From: Corynebacterium sp.
Lineage (GTDB): Bacteria > Actinomycetota > Actinomycetes > Mycobacteriales > Mycobacteriaceae
Reading direction: 5' to 3'
DNA: 64,000 nucleotides
NCBI RefSeq assembly: GCF_030152825.1
Contig: NZ_JASLIP010000037.1
Coordinates: forward strand, 13,814-77,813
The notes beneath the pieces are model-generated. The model was not told the DNA's origin and searched no databases. It saw only the letters and a program-made list of their open reading frames with translations. The translations under genes were made by a program, and so were the position numbers. Numbering within the stretch: the stretch's first letter is position 1; every line of letters begins with the position of its first letter. Below are positions 45,095-54,777 of this stretch, piece by piece.

Positions 45095-46132
45095 ATGACT
45101 CAGCACAACACCACCACGAACACCACCACCGTGGATGCCGAAGAGCGCTCGGCACGCATCGCCGTCTTCGCTTTCCCGGCGTTCATCCTGGCCGGCTCCG
45201 CCCTGGCCTTCTTCTCCCCCGGCACCTTTACCCCGCTGGCTCCGCACGTCTCCACGATGATCGCCATCATCATGCTGTGCATGGGGCTCACGCTGACCCT
45301 GCCGGACTTCAAGGAGATTCTGCGTCGCCCCTGGCCGATCTTCGTCGGCGTGATCGCCCAGTTCGTCATCATGCCGCTGGGCGCGGTCGCGGTCGCCAAG
45401 CTGCTGGGGCTCAACCCGATGCTCGCCATCGGCCTGCTGATGCTGGGCTCCGTGCCCGGCGGCACGACCTCCAACGTGGTCGCCTACCTCGCGAAGGGCG
45501 ACGTCGCCCTCTCCGTCGCTATGACTTCCGTGTCGACGATCCTGTCCCCCATCGCTACCCCGATCATCATGCTGCTGCTCGCCGGTGAGGAGACCCCAGT
45601 CGACGGCGCGAACATGGCCTGGTCCCTGGTTCAGACTGTGCTTCTGCCCGTCGTCGGTGGCCTGGTCATCCGCGTGATCTTCGACCGCTTCGTCACCGCG
45701 CTGCTGCCGATCCTGCCATGGCTGTCCATCATCGCCATCGGTGGTGTGGTCTTCCCCGCCGTCGCGAAGTCCTCCGACACCCTGGCCAAGGTCGGCCTGC
45801 TCACCCTCATCGCGGTGATCCTGCACAACGCCATCGGATACGCCCTGGGCTTCCTGGCGGCCAAGGTCTTCGGCTACTCCCAGGCCGTCGCCCGAACCAC
45901 CTCCATCGAGGTCGCCACCCAGTCCGCAGGCCTGTCCTCCGCGATGGCGGGCAAGTACTGGAGCCCCGAGGCCGCCATCCCAGGCGCGATCGCCGCGGTC
46001 TGGCACAACATCTCCGGTGCGATCTTCGCCTTCCTGGCACGCCGCATCGACGCCAAGCGCGCGGCTCAGCCCGCAACCCAAGAAACCAAGCAGGCTAACC
46101 CTGAGGAGGCCCCGACCCCGGTCGCAGACTAA
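45095..46132 (+). CDS. Bile acid:sodium symporter (BASS/SBF) family transporter
   Basis: About 9-10 TMs and GSVPGGTTSNVVAYLAKGDVALSV signature. Start at ATG 45095. Confidence 0.85.
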   Translation: MTQHNTTTNTTTVDAEERSARIAVFAFPAFILAGSALAFFSPGTFTPLAPHVSTMIAIIMLCMGLTLTLPDFKEILRRPWPIFVGVIAQFVIMPLGAVAVAKLLGLNPMLAIGLLMLGSVPGGTTSNVVAYLAKGDVALSVAMTSVSTILSPIATPIIMLLLAGEETPVDGANMAWSLVQTVLLPVVGGLVIRVIFDRFVTALLPILPWLSIIAIGGVVFPAVAKSSDTLAKVGLLTLIAVILHNAIGYALGFLAAKVFGYSQAVARTTSIEVATQSAGLSSAMAGKYWSPEAAIPGAIAAVWHNISGAIFAFLARRIDAKRAAQPATQETKQANPEEAPTPVAD

Positions 46133-46264
46133 GGCTCACTAAAGCCCGCTCCCCGTTTCGCGCGTGAGCCTGTGCGCCCACGCGCTGAACCTTGGGCAGC
46201 TGAAATACACAACGACCCGGCAACGCCAAACTGGCGGCCGGGTCGTCGTCCTAAAGGAAGGAAG

Positions 46265-48118
46265 TTAGTCCTCGCCCCCGGTGGACAGGGCAGCGACGAA
46301 GGCCTCCTGCGGCACCGAGACGGTACCAATGTTCTTCATGCGCTTCTTACCTTCCTTCTGCTTCTCCAGCAGCTTGCGCTTACGCGAGATGTCACCGCCG
46401 TAGCACTTCGCGAGGACGTCCTTGCGCAGCGCGCGGATGTTCTCACGCGCGATGATCTTTGAGCCGATGGCAGCCTGGATCGGCACCTCGAACTGCTGGC
46501 GTGGAATCAGATCCTTGAGCTTCACGGCCATCTTGTTGCCGTAGTAGTGAGCATTCTCGCGGTGCACGATCGCGCTGAACGCATCCACCGGCTCGCCCTG
46601 CAGCAGGATATCCACCTTCACCAGGTCCGCCTGCTCCTCGCCGGCCTCCTCATAGTTCAGAGAGGCATAGCCCTTGGTGCGGGACTTCAAGGAATCGAAG
46701 AAGTCGAAGATGATCTCGCCCAGCGGGATGCGGTAGCGCAGCTCCACGCGGTCCTGCGAGAGGAAGTCCATGTTCTTCATCTGGCCACGCTTGGACTGGC
46801 ACAGCTCCATGGTCCCGCCCAGGAAGGTCTCCGGCACGATGATCGTCATATCCACCATCGGCTCGTAGACCGCCTGCATCTTGCCGCCCGGCCAGTCGGA
46901 CGGGTTGCGCACGAAGGTCTCGGTGCCGTCCTCCTGGATTACGCGGTAGACCACGGACGGGGCGGTGGAGATCAGATCCAGGCCGAACTCCCGCTCCAGG
47001 CGGGTGCGGGTGATCTCCATGTGCAGCAGGCCCAGGAAGCCGCAGCGGAAACCGAAGCCCAGGGCGACGGAAGTTTCCGGCTCGAAGCTCAGGGAGGCGT
47101 CGTTGAGCTGCAGCTTCTCGATGGCCTCGCGCAGCTCCGGGTACTGGTCCGCGGAGATCGGGAACAGACCCGAGTAGACCATCGGCTTCGGCTCGGCGTA
47201 GCCCTGCAACGGCTCGGTCGCGCCGTTGTGAGCCAGGGTGACGGTATCGCCGACCTTGGACTGACGGACGTCCTTCACACCGGTGATGAGGTAGCCCACC
47301 TCGCCCATGCTGAGGCCCTTGGTCTTCGTCGGTCCCGGGGAGACGACGCCGATCTCGAGGGTGTCGTGCTCCGTCCCGGTGGACATCATCTTGTTCTTCT
47401 CGCGGTCGTTGAGGCGACCGTCCATCATGCGGATGTAGGTCACCACGCCGCGGTAGGTGTCGTAAACCGAGTCGAAGATCAGCGCGCGGGCCGGGGCATC
47501 CGGGTCGCCCACCGGGTGCGGGACGAGCTCGCAGACCCGGTCCAGCAGCTCCGGCACGCCCTCGCCCGTCTTGCCCGAGACGCGCAGGACCTCCTCCGGC
47601 TCGCAGCCGATGATGTTCGCCAGCTCCTGGGAGTACTTCTCCGGATCGGCCGCCGGGAGGTCGATCTTGTTCAAGACCGGAATGATCTCCAGGTCCTTAT
47701 CCATCGCGAGGTAGAGGTTCGCCAGGGTCTGGGCCTCAATACCCTGGGCCGCATCGACCAACAGGATCGCGCCCTCACAGGCCTCGAGGGCGCGGGAGAC
47801 CTCGTAGGTGAAGTCCACGTGGCCCGGGGTGTCGATGAGCTGGAGGACCAGCTGCTCGCCCTCGTGCTCACCGGACTTCGGCACCCACGGGATGCGCACG
47901 TTCTGCGCCTTAATGGTGATGCCGCGCTCCCGCTCCAGCTCCATGTTGTCCAGGTAGCGGTCGCGCATATCGCGGTGCTCGATGACGCCGGAGAGGTCGA
48001 GGATGCGGTCCGCCAGCGTCGACTTCCCGTGGTCGATGTGAGCGATGATGCAGAAGTTTCGGATCCGCTCGGGCTCCGTAAACGTCTCGATGGCGTAGTT
48101 CTTCTGCTTGGCGCTCAT
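46265..48118 (-). CDS. lepA: Translation elongation factor 4 (LepA)
   Basis: [18 protein letters not shown] and the LepA C-terminal domain. Confidence 0.97.
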   Translation of the reverse strand: MSAKQKNYAIETFTEPERIRNFCIIAHIDHGKSTLADRILDLSGVIEHRDMRDRYLDNMELERERGITIKAQNVRIPWVPKSGEHEGEQLVLQLIDTPGHVDFTYEVSRALEACEGAILLVDAAQGIEAQTLANLYLAMDKDLEIIPVLNKIDLPAADPEKYSQELANIIGCEPEEVLRVSGKTGEGVPELLDRVCELVPHPVGDPDAPARALIFDSVYDTYRGVVTYIRMMDGRLNDREKNKMMSTGTEHDTLEIGVVSPGPTKTKGLSMGEVGYLITGVKDVRQSKVGDTVTLAHNGATEPLQGYAEPKPMVYSGLFPISADQYPELREAIEKLQLNDASLSFEPETSVALGFGFRCGFLGLLHMEITRTRLEREFGLDLISTAPSVVYRVIQEDGTETFVRNPSDWPGGKMQAVYEPMVDMTIIVPETFLGGTMELCQSKRGQMKNMDFLSQDRVELRYRIPLGEIIFDFFDSLKSRTKGYASLNYEEAGEEQADLVKVDILLQGEPVDAFSAIVHRENAHYYGNKMAVKLKDLIPRQQFEVPIQAAIGSKIIARENIRALRKDVLAKCYGGDISRKRKLLEKQKEGKKRMKNIGTVSVPQEAFVAALSTGGED

Positions 48119-48270
48119 GCCGTACTCCTCGACTCTCCTTCAAGCCACTTCTCCCCAGCACCGTGCGGGGGTAAATCGCTATCCAAACACTACTATGTTC
48201 CGCGGATTGTGCACTATCGTCGCGCCTCGTTCCGCACGCCCCGCCTACCGGGCGCGATAAGATCAGCGCT

Positions 48271-48840
48271 ATGCCCCTTTTCGACAGGACGCCACCGCAA
48301 CCGAAGCAGCAGGATCGGCCCGGCCGGATCACCCGGCTGCTCAACCGGCACTTCCGGCACTACGGGAACCTGGCCGAGGGGCTCGAGCTATTGAACTCCG
48401 AGCTGGGGCTCACGGAATCCGCGAGCGTGCGCTACGTGCCGCCCGAGCCCACCGTGAAGACACCCACGCACGTGCATGCGCGCGCCACGATCTACGCGCC
48501 AGACATGGACGGTCAGGCGGACCCCGGTGAGGTGGTGTGGGCGGACATCCGCCCCAACCGTGGGGCCGAGATCCAACGACGCGCCGTCCTCATCGTCGGA
48601 CGTAACCACCACACGCTGCTGACCCTGCTGATCTCGTCGAACGAAGAGCACCGCAACCACGACAACTGGACCGCGATCGGGCCAGGCGCGTGGGATATGA
48701 ACCGCAGCGAAAGCTGGGTGCGCCTCGACAAGATCCTCGAGATTCCGGAGTCACAGATCCTGCGGCGCGGACTGCACATGCCGGAACGCCGTTACGACCG
48801 CATCGCCCAGCGGCTCCGCGAGGACTACGGCTGGCACTAG
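48271..48840 (+). CDS. Conserved hypothetical protein, PemK/MazF-like fold (Rv2405-like)
   Basis: GEVVWADI...RRAVLIVG...LLTLLISS resembles the MazF/PemK SH3-like barrel. Divergent from lepA, as I recall for Rv2405 in mycobacteria. Family call tentative. Confidence 0.45.
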   Translation: MPLFDRTPPQPKQQDRPGRITRLLNRHFRHYGNLAEGLELLNSELGLTESASVRYVPPEPTVKTPTHVHARATIYAPDMDGQADPGEVVWADIRPNRGAEIQRRAVLIVGRNHHTLLTLLISSNEEHRNHDNWTAIGPGAWDMNRSESWVRLDKILEIPESQILRRGLHMPERRYDRIAQRLREDYGWH

Positions 48841-49016
48841 GCCGGTTAGGCTTCGCGTCACGCAGCTGCTAAAATCCGTCGAGTTCCCCATGGCGGATTC
48901 GGGCCACCGGCCGCACGGCGCAGGACCTTGGGCATCGTGTGAGAGAACGTCGTTGGACACACTCGGCCACCATGGTTTTCACGAACACTGATTTTTAAGG
49001 AAGAGGTAGCCAGCAC

Positions 49017-49280
49017 ATGGCAAACATCAAGCAGACCAAGAAGCGCGTTCTCACCAACGAGATCGCACGTCAGCGCAACAAGGCAGTCCGCTCCCGTCTG
49101 CGCACCGAGTCCCGCAAGTTCCACGCACTCGTGGAGGCCGACGACAAGGACGCAGCCGAGAAGCAGATGCGCGTTGCTGCTCGTCTGTACGACAAGGCCG
49201 TCACCAAGGGCGTTCTGCACCGCAACAACGCGGCGAACAAGAAGTCCCGCATGGCCGCACACCTGAACGGCATGAAGTAA
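49017..49280 (+). CDS. rpsT: 30S ribosomal protein S20
   Basis: MANIKQTKKRVLTNEIARQRNKAVRS. Confidence 0.96.
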   Translation: MANIKQTKKRVLTNEIARQRNKAVRSRLRTESRKFHALVEADDKDAAEKQMRVAARLYDKAVTKGVLHRNNAANKKSRMAAHLNGMK

Positions 49281-49348
49281 AGTACGCCGTTTCAGGGGGA
49301 TCGCGCAGCGCGGGGATTTCTCCGCCGCGGGGTTCCACTAGAGTACGA

Positions 49349-49376
49349 AGGGATCGGTTCTCCGGTCCCTTTTTGC
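49349..49376 (+). terminator. Intrinsic terminator after rpsT
   Basis: GGGATCGG-TTCT-CCGGTCCC followed by TTTTTGC. Confidence 0.65.
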
Positions 49377-49436
49377 TTTCCTGCGAAACCGCAATTTCGC
49401 ACTCCTCTTTTGAGAATCCAAGGAGCCACAAGTTCT

Positions 49437-50465
49437 ATGAAGGAACGCTTCCGTTCGGCACTGTTCGGCACCGCGTTGGGGGACGCATGGGGCTTTCCTT
49501 ATAACGCCGAGCCCCAGTCGGACAGCACCCCGCTGCCGGATCAGCTGAAGATCAGCGACGACACGCAGATGACGCTGGCGCTGACCGCCGCGATGCGGGC
49601 AATCGACGAGGGCGACATGGACCGCGACGAGGGCATGGAGACCATCGCCAACCAGTTCATCGCGTACCGCCGGGACCCGGACTACCAGCGCTACCCGGGC
49701 GCGTCGAACACCGAGTCCCTGGACCGCCTGCTAGAACACGGCCCCAAGGAGTGGGACAAGGTATCCACCCACTCCCCTGGTTCGGGCGCGGTGCTGCGCT
49801 CCTCGGCCTCCGCGTTCCTCGGTCAGGGCGGCACCGGCGTGGGCTGGAGCGTGCTGCAGACGACGCTGACCCACGACTCCTGCCCGGCACGTGCGGCGGC
49901 AGCGGTCGTGGCCTGCGCGCTGCTCGCGGATCCTGGTTCTGACCTGCTCGACGTGGCCTCCGGGCTGGCGGGCGACCGGCACTTCGATGAGGACACGATC
50001 CTCACCGACCAGGAGAAGTCGGACATCATCGAGGACCTGGAGAACGCGCTGATCACGGACCTGCCGGGCCCGGATGTGCCGCTCATCGAGCTGGTCAACC
50101 GAGTGATCGAGGTGCGCAAGGTGATCAGCCCCATGCTGGCCAACGGCGACTTCGAGGAGCTCTACCGCGATGCCCACAAGTTCCTGAAGATCCTGGGGCG
50201 TGGCTGGGGCGCGGGCTCCGCGACGGCCTCCGCGCTGCTGCTGGCGCAGCTTTACCTGGACAACGCCGAGCGCTACGCCCCGCAGGACTTCCTGCACGTC
50301 GCCGTGAGCTGGGAGGGCAACCGCAACTCCCGCGCGGCGCTCACGGGCGCGCTGATCGGCGCGCACCTGGCGGACACCCGCTGGGAGGCGACCCGCGATT
50401 ACGACTTCGGGTCCCGCTACGACCAGGCGATCCACTCCGGGGTCTGGGCAGGCTTCGGCGCTTAG
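49437..50465 (+). CDS. ADP-ribosylglycohydrolase family protein
   Basis: GTALGDAWG, SDDTQMTLAL and GSGAVLR motifs. AAGGAG RBS before ATG 49437. Confidence 0.85.
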   Translation: MKERFRSALFGTALGDAWGFPYNAEPQSDSTPLPDQLKISDDTQMTLALTAAMRAIDEGDMDRDEGMETIANQFIAYRRDPDYQRYPGASNTESLDRLLEHGPKEWDKVSTHSPGSGAVLRSSASAFLGQGGTGVGWSVLQTTLTHDSCPARAAAAVVACALLADPGSDLLDVASGLAGDRHFDEDTILTDQEKSDIIEDLENALITDLPGPDVPLIELVNRVIEVRKVISPMLANGDFEELYRDAHKFLKILGRGWGAGSATASALLLAQLYLDNAERYAPQDFLHVAVSWEGNRNSRAALTGALIGAHLADTRWEATRDYDFGSRYDQAIHSGVWAGFGA

Positions 50466-50487
50466 TTTCCTCGCGTCGCGGGCGGCT

Positions 50488-50504
50488 CGCTCCCCTGGGG
50501 AGCG
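50488..50504. terminator. 8-1-8 inverted repeat CGCTCCCC-T-GGGGAGCG between the convergent ARH and holA genes
   Basis: Read directly. No U-tail, so terminator function is uncertain. Confidence 0.3.
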
Positions 50505-50557
50505 GGCGACACACCATGGGCCGCTGGATGGGGTTGGCGGGGGCTAGGGCCAGAGCG

Positions 50558-51562
50558 CTAGCGGCGGGCGATGAGCCCCGCGAGCTGTCGCACCATGTCC
50601 TCCACCGCATACTCCGGGGCGGGCAGCTGCCCCTTCACCCCAGCATCCAGCTGCGCGACCAGCTGCACACCCCGGGACACCGCCGCCGGGGGCCATTGCC
50701 TGGCCACCCGCAGCGTCTTCTCCAGCTTCCAGGGCGCCATACCGAAGGCCGACGCGTCCCTGCGTGGGTCGATCCGTCCGGCACCGGCCACGCGCGCCAC
50801 GTCTCGCATCGCGGTGGACAGCGCCGAGGCGATGAGAACCAGTGGCACGCCCAGCTGGATCGCCCGGCGCGCTGCGGCCACCGCCTCCCCCTGCCTGCCG
50901 GCCAGCACCAGGTCCGCGATATCGAAGCCGGTGACCTCCGCCTGCCCTTGGTAGTAGCGCTGCACCGCATCGGGGGTGACGTTCGCATCGGTGTCGGCGA
51001 CCAGCTGGCTCACCGCACTCGCCAGCTCGCGCAGATCGGAGCCCACCGAGTCGAGCATGCGGTCCACGACCTCGGGGCTCACGCTCACCCCATAGGAGCG
51101 GAACTCCTGCTCCACGAAGGACCGCCGCTCCCGGGGCCGGAGCGGCTCTGCCGGGAAGATCCGCACGCCGAGCTTCTGCCACTCGTTGACCAGCCGCTTA
51201 TTGCGGCCCTTCCCGCTGTGCAGCAGGATCAGCACCACGCCATCAGCCGGGGTTTCGATGGCGGACTTCAGCAGCGCCACCGTCTCCTTCCCGCAGTCCG
51301 CAACCCCGGAGATCACCACGATCCGGTCCTCTGCGAACAGCGAGGGGCTCAGCAACTCGATGAGCTGCGGCTCGCTCAAGTTGGTGGCCTTGTGCAGCTC
51401 CACGGGTAGCTCTGGGTTGCCCGCGTTCTTGCGAGCCGCGTGGACGATGGCGAAGCATTGCCGCTCGGCGAGGAATTCCTCCGCGCCCACGATCATGTTG
51501 ACCGCGGAGATCGCCGGGGGTTTCTTGCTCGCCTGTTTGCCACGTGCCATGCCCAAAATCAT
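50558..51562 (-). CDS. holA: DNA polymerase III subunit delta
   Basis: Size, synteny after comEC and delta-subunit-like sequence. ATG lies 6 nt after the comEC stop. Confidence 0.85.
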   Translation of the reverse strand: MILGMARGKQASKKPPAISAVNMIVGAEEFLAERQCFAIVHAARKNAGNPELPVELHKATNLSEPQLIELLSPSLFAEDRIVVISGVADCGKETVALLKSAIETPADGVVLILLHSGKGRNKRLVNEWQKLGVRIFPAEPLRPRERRSFVEQEFRSYGVSVSPEVVDRMLDSVGSDLRELASAVSQLVADTDANVTPDAVQRYYQGQAEVTGFDIADLVLAGRQGEAVAAARRAIQLGVPLVLIASALSTAMRDVARVAGAGRIDPRRDASAFGMAPWKLEKTLRVARQWPPAAVSRGVQLVAQLDAGVKGQLPAPEYAVEDMVRQLAGLIARR

Positions 51563-51568
51563 GCCAGA

Positions 51569-53776
51569 TCATCGCGGCCCACCGGAAACAACCAGCCCCT
51601 TCGGTGTGAGCAGCCCCGCCCCATCGGCGCAGGGATAGTGCACGGGAACCCCACCCGGCGTCTGGCTCGGCCGCCCATGGCTGCGCCTCCCCTTGCCCTC
51701 GGCGGGCCCTGCACAGTCCAGCACGACGATGAGCGCTGCCTCCCAGACGCTGAGGGCCTGCGCGTCGCTGCTCACCGTCACCACCTTCGGCTCTCCGGCC
51801 GCGGCCTGTTCCCCTTCCTTTTCGACGACGCCACCCGCTTGCAGTGTGAGCTTTCCCCGCGGCGTCTGGCAGGGCTGGCGCGTGCCGGTGGGATAGCGAA
51901 GCTCCCAGCCGCTTGTTTCGCCGTCCCGACCGCAGACCGCTACCGTCCAGTGTGGCTCGGCACCGAGGTCGCTGCCCCAACCCGGCGCGGGTGCCGCTGC
52001 CTCATAGGGCCCGAGCTGCCAGGTGCCGATGCGTACGAGGAGCATCGCGCAGGCGAAGAGCGCGGGGATGGTCTGCCACCACAGCACGCCCATGGCTGCG
52101 AGGATCATCGTCCCGAGCATCGCTGCCCAAGCCAGCGCCCACCCGGGGCCGCCAGGGGTGTGCAGCACCCAGGTGCGCGAGCAACGCTCGGCCACGGCGT
52201 GGATCCACCACGCCGCCGGGGCCGCAGGGACGAGCAGCCAGGCGGCCAGTCCCGCAGGTATACCGAGGAGCAAGGCAGCGCTGCCGACGAGGCAGGCAGC
52301 GAGCGCCAGCACCATCAGTGGGGCGACCGCCCACCCCACCGCAAGGTTGGCGGGCACCGCCGCGGGCGAGACGATGCCCGTCATCATGACGATCGCCGGC
52401 TGCGTCGCCACATCGGCGACGAAGGAGACCGCAAGAGCGCGCAGGATCATCCCCTCGACCACCCGTGGCTCGCGAGCCCAGCGGCGCTGGGTGAACCGGC
52501 CCCAACCCACGATGAGCCAGTGGCCAATCCGGGGTCCGGCAGTCACGATCGCCACGGTCGCCAGCACCGAGAGCAGCAGGCCGTACTCCACCGCCATGCC
52601 GGGGCGGATCAGCACCAGAACCAGGACCGCCCCGCCGAGGGCTGCCAGCGAGTCACTCCAACGGGAGCTCAACACCGCCACCGCCCCGACGATTCCCATG
52701 AACCCGGCGCGCAGGATGCTCGGCAGCGGACCCACCACTATCGCGAAGGCCACGAGGGCGCCCATGACGATGACCCACCTGCCCCGCCGGGACACCCCGC
52801 ACGCGGTGGCGGCGATGGTCACCGCGCTGATGAGCACGGCGACGTGCAGCCCGGAGACGGCGGTCAGGTGGGAAAGTCCGCTGACGATATAGTGCTGCCG
52901 AATGTCCTGGGGCATCTGTGAGATATCCCCGATGAGCATGCCGGGGATCAACGCCTCCGCACCGGAAAACCAGGCATGGTTGGCTAACGTCGCTATCGGT
53001 CCGGCGCTGGCCAGCTCGTTGATGTTCCGGCGCAGCCGTGCGGAGATCCCCATGAGGCCCCGTGGTTCTGCCGTGATGGTGGGCTCCCTGGTCGCGGATA
53101 GTCTGGCGGGCACCAGCCCAGGGCGTTCATCGGCCCGCACCGTCGCCGCGAGCTCGAGGGTGGTGCCGGGCTGAGCATTAAGCAGCTCCGGGCTTCGGTG
53201 GCGGTCGTTAACAAACAGCGGCAGCTCTCCCAGCCCAGTGATCTGTACCGGGATCTTTAGGCTGCCGCCGTTAAGCACCCGTGCCCCACCGGCGATGGTG
53301 ACCTCTCCCCGGTAGTGGCCCCGCGCCCCCTCCTCGTTTTTCTCACCTTGCCGGCCTGCCGATTCGCTGGAGTTGAGTTCACGCATCATCGGGTGATTAT
53401 CCACCCGGCTGACCTGCAGCGCTGTGCCCGCTGCGGCCAGGCTGGCGATCGCCGCCGCGACCACGAGGTTCCACGCGGCCGCCCGAAGCAGCCCGCGCCA
53501 GCGCAGGTAGCTGCGCACCCATGATGAGACCAGCACCGCCGCCGCAATGACCGCAAGGCCCACCGCAGCGACCGCCACCCACGGGCCCCGAAGCAGAATC
53601 GTCGCTGCCGTCGCGGCCCACGCGGCCGCGGCGGGAAGCAGCAGCCTGAGGTCCGGGCCACGGCGGGCACGCTGCGCATCGGGCGAGCGCGGATCTCGGG
53701 CCGCCTCCGGGGGCCTACGATCCGCCACCGGTTCCACGGGCTGGTTCTGCTCACCCGCGAGGCTCCGCACGCTCAC
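51569..53776 (-). CDS. comEC: ComEC/Rec2 family competence channel protein
   Basis: Polytopic competence domain (SGLSHLTAVSGLHV). GTG 53776 overlaps the comEA stop (GTGA). Confidence 0.85.
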   Translation of the reverse strand: MSVRSLAGEQNQPVEPVADRRPPEAARDPRSPDAQRARRGPDLRLLLPAAAAWAATAATILLRGPWVAVAAVGLAVIAAAVLVSSWVRSYLRWRGLLRAAAWNLVVAAAIASLAAAGTALQVSRVDNHPMMRELNSSESAGRQGEKNEEGARGHYRGEVTIAGGARVLNGGSLKIPVQITGLGELPLFVNDRHRSPELLNAQPGTTLELAATVRADERPGLVPARLSATREPTITAEPRGLMGISARLRRNINELASAGPIATLANHAWFSGAEALIPGMLIGDISQMPQDIRQHYIVSGLSHLTAVSGLHVAVLISAVTIAATACGVSRRGRWVIVMGALVAFAIVVGPLPSILRAGFMGIVGAVAVLSSRWSDSLAALGGAVLVLVLIRPGMAVEYGLLLSVLATVAIVTAGPRIGHWLIVGWGRFTQRRWAREPRVVEGMILRALAVSFVADVATQPAIVMMTGIVSPAAVPANLAVGWAVAPLMVLALAACLVGSAALLLGIPAGLAAWLLVPAAPAAWWIHAVAERCSRTWVLHTPGGPGWALAWAAMLGTMILAAMGVLWWQTIPALFACAMLLVRIGTWQLGPYEAAAPAPGWGSDLGAEPHWTVAVCGRDGETSGWELRYPTGTRQPCQTPRGKLTLQAGGVVEKEGEQAAAGEPKVVTVSSDAQALSVWEAALIVVLDCAGPAEGKGRRSHGRPSQTPGGVPVHYPCADGAGLLTPKGLVVSGGPR

Positions 53777-54669
53777 AAGCTGACCCCGTCCTTCATCGCA
53801 GCGAGTTTGCCCGGCCCGATGCCACGGACCTCCATGAGCTGCTCCACGGAGCGGAATGGCCCGTTGGCCTCCCGCCATTCGACGATCGCCTTGGCCGTCG
53901 CAGGTCCCACCCCGTCCAAGGTTTCGAGCTGCGTGGCGTCCGCGGAGTTAATGTTGACCTTCCCGCCAGCTGCACCTCCCCCGGCCCCGCTACCACCAGA
54001 GCCGCCAGCCGACGTACCATCCGCTGCACCGCCCGACGGGCCACCAGCACCAGCCGGCCCGGCCTCACCTGGCCGCAGCACATAGGAACCGTGCTGGTCC
54101 ACGACGATCTGCAGTCCGTCAGAGACCTTCTCGGCCAAGTTCACGTTATTGAGATTCGCCCCAGGCAATGCCCCGCCGGCCTTATTGATCGCATCCCCCA
54201 GCCGCTGTTTTCCGGTCATCTCCAGCAGCCCCGGGGTGCGCACCTTGCCCTGCACGGAAACGACGACCGCCGCGTCGTCGTCCTGCTTCCCGTCACCCGC
54301 CGCCGCACCGGAGCCACCGCCCTGGCTGGTGGCGTCGGCTCCAGCGCCCCCATCACCGGCAGCACCGTCAGCCCCGTCCCCATCCGCCGAAAGCACCCTC
54401 TCGGCATCCTCGCTATTAATGTTCCTGCCCGCCGGGTTAATCACGTCCTTCGCCTCGTCATCTGTCCGAGTGAGCAATCCGATGCCACCCACCGCGATCA
54501 CCACGGCGGCGACGATCCCCACCAGCACTTTCGCCGACGCAGCGCTCAACCAGGAGCGCTTCTCGAAGTCCACAAGCGCCGTCTCGTGCCCCGGCATCGG
54601 CTGGGTCAGCGCGGCGATCCGCTCCTGGAGCGCGCTGTGATCCTGCTTGCGTTGAAAATTGCCTCCCAT
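53773..54669 (-). CDS. comEA: ComEA family DNA-binding protein
   Basis: One TM, a SLBB-like region and a C-terminal double HhH (INSADATQLETLDGVGPATAKAIVEWR...VRGIGPGKL). Start uncertain (ATG 54669 or TTG 54732). Confidence 0.85.
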   Translation of the reverse strand: MGGNFQRKQDHSALQERIAALTQPMPGHETALVDFEKRSWLSAASAKVLVGIVAAVVIAVGGIGLLTRTDDEAKDVINPAGRNINSEDAERVLSADGDGADGAAGDGGAGADATSQGGGSGAAAGDGKQDDDAAVVVSVQGKVRTPGLLEMTGKQRLGDAINKAGGALPGANLNNVNLAEKVSDGLQIVVDQHGSYVLRPGEAGPAGAGGPSGGAADGTSAGGSGGSGAGGGAAGGKVNINSADATQLETLDGVGPATAKAIVEWREANGPFRSVEQLMEVRGIGPGKLAAMKDGVSL

Positions 54670-54777
54670 GCCGCCCAGCGAATCACGGTCGCCACCCACT
54701 CCCACCGCGGCAGGAAGCAACCCCCATGCCAAAACCCCTGGAGCCTGTGGACAACCCCGGCCTGTGGATGGAGCGTG

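Noticed and set aside
39711-46132. Tested whether the SNF2 helicase, the phosphoesterase and the neighbouring genes form a defence island.
   Set aside because: The genes are on different strands with their own promoters and terminators. No nuclease, methyltransferase, ATPase partner or mobility gene is present, so a system claim cannot be supported from sequence alone.
50488-50504. CGCTCCCC-T-GGGGAGCG considered as a second CsoR operator because of the shared CCCCTGGGG core.
   Set aside because: The flanks lack the TA..TA arms of the copA site, and it lies between two convergent gene ends. It is more plausibly a transcript-end hairpin.
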